Translations under genes and position numbers: made by a program
In this document: positions 13,701 to 22,700 of the stretch, in pieces
Position numbering within the stretch: position 1 is the first letter of the stretch
Layout of the letters: each line of letters opens with the position of its first letter
Notes under the pieces: generated by a model
Databases searched by the model: none
What the model was told of the DNA's origin: nothing
The model's input: the letters and a program-made list of their open reading frames with translations, nothing else
NCBI GenBank assembly: GCA_048128005.1
Contig: JBEUKZ010000125.1
Location: 248,001 to 312,000 of the forward strand
Direction: 5' to 3'
DNA length: 64,000 bases
From: Veleropilina oligotropha
Lineage: Eukaryota

Positions 13701-16700
13701 GAGTAGTCGCGCAGATAATGTTTGACAAACACGTTAGCGTTTTTCCAATATCCGGCCTGTAGTAACGCATTGATATGTAAATTATGTCGGAAGGCTACAG
13801 ACGCTGCAATGGCCCGGACCTCATGTGCGCGGACCGATAAAATAGTTCGGTCGTCGTCATCACAACGGATGTAAACATCTCTCACAGTTTGTGAAATCCA
13901 CCGCGAAACAGTAGTCCTCGTAATGTCGCGGGTGTAGGTGGGCAAATACGATATGAATAAACGTAATTTTCCCTGTCGCAACTCACGGGTTCTGTCTAGG
14001 TAGAATCGAAGCGCCCGGACCGGGCAATTGAAGCGGTCTGCGTCGCGCCTTCCGACTAGCGTTAGCTTGGGAATAACAACCTCGGGTGCGTCCTCGTTCG
14101 GCCGCTGGTTCTTGGCTAAGAAGCCCAGAATGGGACGTAGTATCACCGACCCGTCTGACTGGAATCGTATGTCTCTTAGCTCGGAGGAGAAAGCATGAAT
14201 CTCGGAACAACGCCTGCCCGACGCTAAGGCGATCAGAAAAACTGTTTTGTGCGTCAAGTTCCTCATGGTTATCTCGGACATCGGCTCATACGGGGGTAAG
14301 AGTAATGCGTTAAGAATAAGTACGATATTCCAGGCAGGTGGCTTAATTCTTCGGGTCGGTATCTCGAGTTCATAAGATCGTATAAAATCTGATATCGTTC
14401 GGTCGCTTGATAGGCCAGCATGGGCACGACACTGCTTTAGCGTGGTCGCGATCGTTGCCCGATAGCCTTTGACGGCGGACACTGACATACCGCGGTCGAA
14501 GAGCGACGATAAAAACTCGATAAACTTGTTCACAGGGGGACGGAGTATATTGATCTGCCTGCTGTGACACCAATCCACGTACTTAACCCATCGGTAGTCA
14601 TAGACTTTTGTAGTGGAAATCCTTCTCGATCGATAGATACGTAAGGCTGTAGCTTTAGAAAATCCTTTCTTAGCAAGGGATCGTTCGATAACCGCCAGGC
14701 GTGTAAACGTAAGTGGTTCGGCGACTCGTGGAGTACACGGGTGCGTGGTTGCATTAACAGGTCTAGTTTCTGCGGTAACGCTAACGGTCGATCGACGATC
14801 AGATCGAGGAGGGTCGGAAACCAAGGTTGCGTGCGATAAAGGGGCGCTATTAGCGTTATCTCGCAACGTTCGGTCGCTGCCTTCTGTAATACCAGTGATA
14901 GAATGCACGTCGGGGGGAAGGCATACGCGGACAGATTCTCCCATGTCATTGACATTGCGTCGACCGCCAGGGCGGCCGGGTCTGGGTACGGGGAGACATA
15001 CAGAGGTAGTCGGTAATTGAATTCTGTTGCAAACAAGTCGACTTGGGGTTGCGACCACCGGCGGCAAACATCCCGAGCTACTCGGCTGTGTAGCGTCCAC
15101 TCTGTGTGTATAATCTGTGATCTCCGAGAGAGCGAATCCGCTCTGACATTCAGCTTTCCCGGGATGTGTCGGGCTCGAATCGTCGAGTTGAGGGACATCA
15201 CTAAGCGGTGTAGGTCTATTGCTCGGTCGCATAGGGGACGCGAGCGTGTACCGCCCTGGTGCTGTATGTAAGCGACGACAGTCGTGTTGTCCGTGGCGAG
15301 CATTATATGCTTGTTGCGGAGATGTGACGAGAGGGACCGTACTGACAGGAAGACGGCTTCTAACTCTAGGAAGTTGATATGTCGTCCCTGAAGGTCTGTC
15401 GGCCATAGGCCTGATGTCTCGTAACTGTCGAGGTGACCACCCCAGCCGTCGTTCGAAGCGTCTGTGAACAGGTAAGCGTTCGGCTCTGGTGGGGATATAG
15501 GAACCGACTGGTCCGGCAAAGCGGGGTTCAACCACACTGCTGTCGTGTCGGTAAACCAATGCCGTAGATCGATGCGATCCTTCCACTGCCCCGTCCGTTG
15601 TATCCAGCGATCCCTGAAAGCCTGTTGTAACGGTCTTTTGTCCATGCGACCCGTCGGTAGCAGGGGCGCTACCGACTCGATGTGCCCCAGGACAGTGGCC
15701 AGTTGTCGCGCCGTAGTTATGTCCGATGACAGGGTGTCTTGGATAACCGCGCGTAGGTTCCGCATACGCTTCTGGGTCGGCTTCGCGGTGTACCGGACCG
15801 TATCGAAGTCGACTCCGAGGAACGTAAACGTCGTCGAGGGCACGAAGCAGGATTTTGTCTCGTTGATCTGAAATCCCAGGCGCTTCGTCGATGACAGGGT
15901 AAAGCTCGTAGACCGGAGGCACAGATCTCGGGACGCCCCGAGGATCAGCCAGTCGTCGAGGTACATATGTACCCTGTGCCCTAGAGAGTGTAGGAAGGCC
16001 CCCAGGGCCTGTACTGTTCTCGTGAAGACGTACGGGGCTGACGATAGACCGAACGGTAGGCACCTGAATTGGTAGATCGTCTCCCCGTGTATAAACCGAA
16101 GGTACTGATGAGCCGTGATATGCATCGGGACATGCAGATACGCGTCGGCGAGATCGATAGACGCTGCCCAGTCGCCCGGACGGATGGCCGCTCGAATCTT
16201 CGAGAGGGTTTCTTGCTGGAATTTCTCGGTACGAAGATATAGGTTTAGGTACGAGAGATCGAGGATCGGTCTCCAGCGGCCATCGGGTTTCGGGACCAGG
16301 AAGAAATGGCTGTAAAATCCTGGTGTGCTGGGCGGCGCGGGATATATCGCTCTTTTTAGGAGCAAATCCCGCACTGCCTGGTCTAAGACCGCTTGTTTCT
16401 CTCCGTTTAGGAGGCGAGCGTGTCTTGTTGGTGGTGCCTCGGTTAGGGTCGGATGCCGGTTGAATGCCAACTTGTATCCGGCACTCACGACTAAGTGGAC
16501 CCAGTTGCTGTCTGTCAGCTCTAGCCAGGGCTGGCTGTGTGCTAACAGGCACGCTCCCACCGGCGGGAGCGGGCAACTGGGGCCGTCGCGAATGCCGGCA
16601 GCCCTAGGGCCGAGGCTTCCCTATCCCGCTCTGCTTGCGGGATTTCGCTGGAGGTGCTTGCCTCTTTGGAGTGGGTTTATTGGCCGGAGGCCTACCACCC

Positions 16701-19700
16701 GAAGAGGGCTTCGCACGCTTAGAAGGCTTCGGGGCCGGGGTGGGCCCGGAGCGCTTCTTCGAGTTGGCAGGTGGACCCCGGGTGGGGAGCAGTACTGCCT
16801 TCTCGATGGCACGGTCCTTAATGTCCGCCGCTCTCTTGTCAACAAACTCCGTGAAGTTGTCACCAAAGAGAGTGGTGGCCGAGCAAGGTACGCATCGCAA
16901 CGAGCGCCGGGTGGGCTCGTCCAGCGAGGTACCTTCCAGGCAAGCATCCCTACGAAGTAGGAGGGCATACTATATAAGCAGAAACTGCGCCCTGATTTAA
17001 CGTGAAATCGGGCGCCTATATCGAAATATTTGCGGAGCAAAACAACGTCTTTCCGCGACAGCGGAAAACTTTGAATTGATGTCATGTGACTTCTATTGTT
17101 CAGAAGTCTCACGAGACTTGGCGAAGTCTCGCTAGGGAACGTGGGGGGTAGGAGCAGGGGAGGTAACCGTGTGCTTTTTTGGCTTATAACGGTGCATTAT
17201 GGGACATATTCACCATTTCCGGTTTGGGCGATAATATGCTATTATGGCAAGAGTAAGGACGTAAGTATGTTTGTAACTATATATCCGGTAGTGCAGTGTG
17301 TAAGACGGTAGCTCTCAATTCACTCATTTGACTGCTATGATTAACAGAACTGGGTTCGAATCCTAAGCCGCATGTCCAATTAAATGTCCCTGTTTTTCAT
17401 AATTGGTCGTGATCTTTTCTCCCACGATAATATGGGAATTTCCAAATATGGACCTGAATATCAATCAAGATCACACGCACAATACGTGATCTGGAGGAGG
17501 ATAGACGGACGCATTGATATTTAACGACTATGCCAACGATTACAATCAGGGAATTTGCAGACGGAGACCACCGACCTGAGTATGAGCTCGGTGGTGAACT
17601 CCTCCTGTGTTGTCCAGGAGTCATCGCTGTCTTCATCGTCGCTGCCGGCCTCCTCCTCGTCAAACTCACTCCCTAGAGAAACAAATTAGACACAAATTAT
17701 TTTATACTGCTTTCAGTAGATGATGAGTATAAAACAGCCGTCGCTGCCAAAACTCAATAAATAATCCTGATGGCTCATTCTACAACTTGATCGTAAAACA
17801 AATCCTCTAATACCTTCTGTCTATTTGACAGATTCACTTGCTACTATAATTTATATAAAGATATTCAGTAATACAGGGCGTGATTTAAATTTTCGGGGTT
17901 AGCCTGTCATTTATGTCAGGCCCAAATTTTAATTAGCCTGCCATTGCCAAATACAGCCTGCCAAAATGTTTTTCATCATCAGAACCCTAATTATACGAAA
18001 AAGGCTATTATATATATAAGACCCGAAATTTGTGCTATCCAACATGTCTGATACGGAAAATGAAATAAAATCACAAGTTTCAAATATACAGGGTGTTTCA
18101 AAAGTATATGTCACATATGGACTCTTCATATATCTATAATGACTGAAGATATAAAAACACTACTTATATCTTATGAAAGCTAATATTCTTAAAGTTTCAA
18201 GTACAACAAATTTGAAAACAAAAGTCCAAGAAATAAAGGTTTTATTAACAATTTTAGAGATGTTCAATGTGTGCGCCGTCGGTTACACGGCACACATCCA
18301 AACGATAGTCCATTTCTTGCCAAACGCGCACAAGCATATCGTGGTCGACAGTAGCCAAGGCTTCAGTTATTCGAGTCTTCATGCCCTCAGCTTTAAAATG
18401 TGACATGTACTTTTGAAACACCCTGTATATTGCCATCTGACTCAATTTCATGTAGTATTCCATTTAATAATGCAGGTTATTCATGATTACGACTGATCAA
18501 GTATCTACGAAAGTCTAGCTATTTCTTAATTTCTGGTTATGTTATTATTAATTATTAATGGCTTTGCTGTCATATTGATACAAGCAACAAGAGCTGTCAG
18601 AAGGACAGCATGCTCGACCCTTCATGCAAAATGTTAACCTGAAGTTTGACGCCAACGCCAACGCCGACGACAGGGTGACTGCAATAGCTCGTACTATTTT
18701 AGAATAGTCGAGCTAAAAATGAAACTTCCTTTTCAGAAACAATAAAAATACTTTAACTTTAATTCAGCCAGTTTAGAGCAAATCTTAAATTAAAGTCATT
18801 CCACCTTGGAGTCTATTTCTGTTTTTCAGTTCAACGTTGATTCATATACAGTATTGAGAGCATTTACAGAAACTCAGTTTCAACCACACTAAACATTTGA
18901 AAAGAATGCAATTGTAACACAGGAAGTGAATCAGTGAATGAACACCAGGGAATGTTTTGACACAAATGCGACCTCAAGACACATTATGTTGAAGCTAAGT
19001 GAATAAAAAGACAAGTTTTTTGCTGTTCTCAAATCCATGGATAACTTTGGTCAATAATATTGAATGCCACAGTAATATTTGTTGTCCGGCCATTACTGTC
19101 AAGCCGAAATTATTTTTACCCGACATTTCAGAAAAACAACAAATTGGACGGCCAATGGCCTTTCGCAGGCCGTTATTTCGCGCCCTGGTAATACAATGTT
19201 GCTCCTCAAGATTTTCACAAGGAAAAAATATATCTTTAAACATATTGAATTTTATGAATGGTTAAACAGGGATAAGTGGGTGGAGTTCAGTTAGTCCTAT
19301 GCTACCTGTTTTACCATTGTCAAAATACCTGTTCTTTTGAACATCCCTTAAGCATGATTATTCATTAAGCATGAAAAGTACCCACACATGCCACAGTTGA
19401 GATAGAAATGGGTTCTTACTTTGAGCCAAGTGTTTTTTTCAAACTTGACATTTATGGTAGGATATAGAAAAATTAGAAACTTGATTATGGAAATACATAA
19501 TGCACGGATAACAATTGACTATAAATTTCAATCCAGTGCAGGATAACCACTGAACATGGAATTTCAATACCGTTCAAGGATAACCACTGATTATACCGGC
19601 AATTCTTGCATACCCACCGGTGGGGGTGGTACTCCGCACGGATACAGCTGGCGACTGTGACCGCACTTTCTTTCTGTGGATTTCTGCATTCTCTTTACGT

Positions 19701-22700
19701 GCAGCATCCGTGAAAAATCTATATTGTAAATGCATAGAAATATAGGTTCAATTCAAATTGAAATTAAAGAATAACAAAAAATATAGAAATTAACAAATCA
19801 AATATTGAGTTATGAGAAAAATCATCAATGATAATCTTTATTAGTTAAGACTTCAACCAAAACATTGATGGAAAACGGGAAGAAAGGACCACAACATCTT
19901 CACCATTGCCAAATCACACAGGAAATAAAATCGTATTAGCCAAATTTTTCCTATTTACACACTCCATTTTTATATTTTCTACAAAACACTTTTTCACATA
20001 ACTTACAGTTTTCTATAAATGAGAGATGCATATTAACCCTTAACCGCCAGCCAAATTTTACGGAATGTGAGGTATATAGCTTGTCATGGATAATATACTA
20101 TACCATATAAAATATTGCTTGCAAGCACATATACTTATATATTTTCTGAAAGATAATTGAATAGGCTATATAATAGTGCTTTGAAATTTGTTTGTAGAGT
20201 AAAAAAATTGCATAATTGATCACTTTTACCTTTTATTCTCAGGTATTTTGGGAATATTCACTATACATGTCAATTCAGAAAATATTTGATCAACAAATGC
20301 TTTACATATGTATGTTATATTTTTTAGATGCATGTTGATGTATTCTTTGTGTTTGTAATATAAATTGGTGTATAATAATAAAGAATATCTTATGTCAATA
20401 TGATGTCTTCATGTCTGATTTTGAAAAAAATATCCCGCAGGTGTATGAAGAAACTCAACACAGCAATGTGAAATAGGCCTTCTTGCTACAAACGTACATT
20501 ATATCAAATATAAAATGTATACCATTAACAGCTATATTTAACCATTAGGCCTATATGATTTATTATTGTTAATAATTAAATAAAACCAAGTACAAGAATA
20601 GTCCACCGATAGATCATACCATTCATAATCTCCATTTCAATTCTCGATATCATCCTCAAAAGTGTCAGATTCAGAAATGTCAAAGCCGCAAATATCAATT
20701 GTCACTTCAGAGTTCAAAATCCGCCTTTTAGGCCACAAGTTAATCATATTCCATTACAAATAATTCAAACTAAATGTAAAAACACATGTCGTTTATCAAA
20801 AGCAAAAAATCCTACGAAAAATGGCCACTTTCAAGCCTTAAAACTTTATTTCAAACATCGATTAACTATACCTAACCTGCCGCCATTGTGGATTTAAAAG
20901 CACCAGGATGTAGCCCGATCATTCACGAACGAAATGACCCGAAAATATCCGAAGATTTCCGAATATTTACGAAGTTTTAAGCATTGAGATATAGGTGTTG
21001 TAGAAAGTCGGGAAAGTCGGGTATCGTCGGTTAAGGGTTAAAGGAATTTACATTAATATGCATTGCCAAAATTTTGTCTGTCAGAAAAAATCGTTGTCAC
21101 CCAAATCTTGAAAAAGAACGTGCTTCTGATCCTCTCCTCTACTCATTATCAATGAAAGCAATCAACATAATTAATAAGCTACGGTAGCAATGCTATTTTG
21201 GTAACAAAGATTAATTAACCTTAAATTGAAGTTCTTTTATGAAGATTTGAAAGTCTTATTACTATTAACACTCTTCAATTTACTTGTAAAAACTGTCTAA
21301 TTGTACATTTTACAAACCTTAGAATATAACTGAGCGCTAATGCCGCTGGCTGCTGTATTTCGTGCTTTTCTAAAACTCTTGGGTCGGAATCTGAAATGAC
21401 AATAATGCCACATGTATTATCACTATATACAGGATATTATTATACTGATAATGTAAACAGTCTTATATAGCGCATTCTTACGCATATGTCTCAATGCGCT
21501 GAATATTATTATTACTTATTATTATTATTATTACAGGTTATATGCTTGTTCCGCTCGATATGGCATCTCACCTCCCTCTGGGGGCGAACGCGAGACTCTG
21601 TGACCAGAGTCCTATGAACAACCCACTGAGCCACGACAGCACATAACAACCCACTGAGCCACGGCGGCACATAACAACCCACTGAGCCACGGCGGCACAT
21701 AACAACCCACTGAGCCACGGCGGCACATTATGCATAATAAAAGCTATCAAACCAAAACAGATCATCATATCAATTATAGCAATTAATATCGATAATTTTG
21801 AAAAACAGTGTCAACCCTTAGATAGAAGCTTTAGGTGTTATTTCGCAACAGGCCACAGGGAATTCCCAACTTCGAGTCAAATTGTGTCATGGTTCAGCGA
21901 CTCTGATAGATTGTTATCATTGGGTCAACCTATGATGAATCGAGACACAGCGAACACAGGGAGGGAGGAATGATGCTTAATGTCCTGTATATTTACAGCA
22001 TCGAGGTTCAAGGCGGGACATGTCCGTGTTATCGCGGGAGGAAACCCCGGTCGCCCGGGTAAACCCGCCCTCTTCGGCCAGTCACGGACAACTGTGATTC
22101 ATAACGTGAACAAATTTCAATGCCTCAGCCAGGTATTGAACCCACTACTGTTCGCATTAGCGGAATCAAGCCAATGAATTTAGAGTGGACACTCTACCCA
22201 CTGCGCTGCCGAAGCGGCCGTGTATGTATGTATATTTATGTTATGTATATGTATGTATGTACACAGACAAACTATTTTACCATTAGGTGAGTAAATATAT
22301 TTTTGAGCGGGGCTCTTATACTAGTGAAATTATATCTTTGCTTGGGAGCAGATCGCTATTAGGTAAAATACAGAACATTAATACAAATATTTTTGAAAAA
22401 AATCTACCCGCAATAAACGTAATTGCTGTCAATTTTTTTTAACATTAATTTTTACTCCATGATTAATCTTTTGCTCATGTCAATATGAAAGACTCTACAG
22501 TACTAGGATCACTTAGTCTGCTTAGAATTTACACAAGGTGCATATATGGTTCGAGTACAGATACACATTGACAAATATGCACATTCTGACTTTATCAGGG
22601 GTGTCATTAACAGGCGGGTACCGGGTATTTTTACCCGCCTGTAATCCAATGTGTACCCTGCTGACATTATCATATTACATTGACTTTTATAGTAGAAAAT

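Larger units (their letters stand above)
12392..17282 (-). mobile_element. DIRS1-type tyrosine-recombinase retrotransposon, both termini intact, gag truncated
   Basis: 206-bp inverted terminal repeats (12425-12630 and 17067-17272), internal complementary region at 12690-12780, RT/RNaseH/MT and YR ORFs, no conventional TSD. Confidence 0.96.

Noticed and set aside
13619..16576. Prophage or bacterial contamination suggested by an integrase, a methylase and high GC
   Set aside because: The RT/RNaseH domains, ITRs and ICR identify a DIRS retrotransposon lying within a spliced animal gene.
21617..21728. CRISPR-like short repeat arrays (also 12309-12391)
   Set aside because: The units are head-to-tail with no unique spacers, derive from SINE A-boxes, and no cas genes are present.
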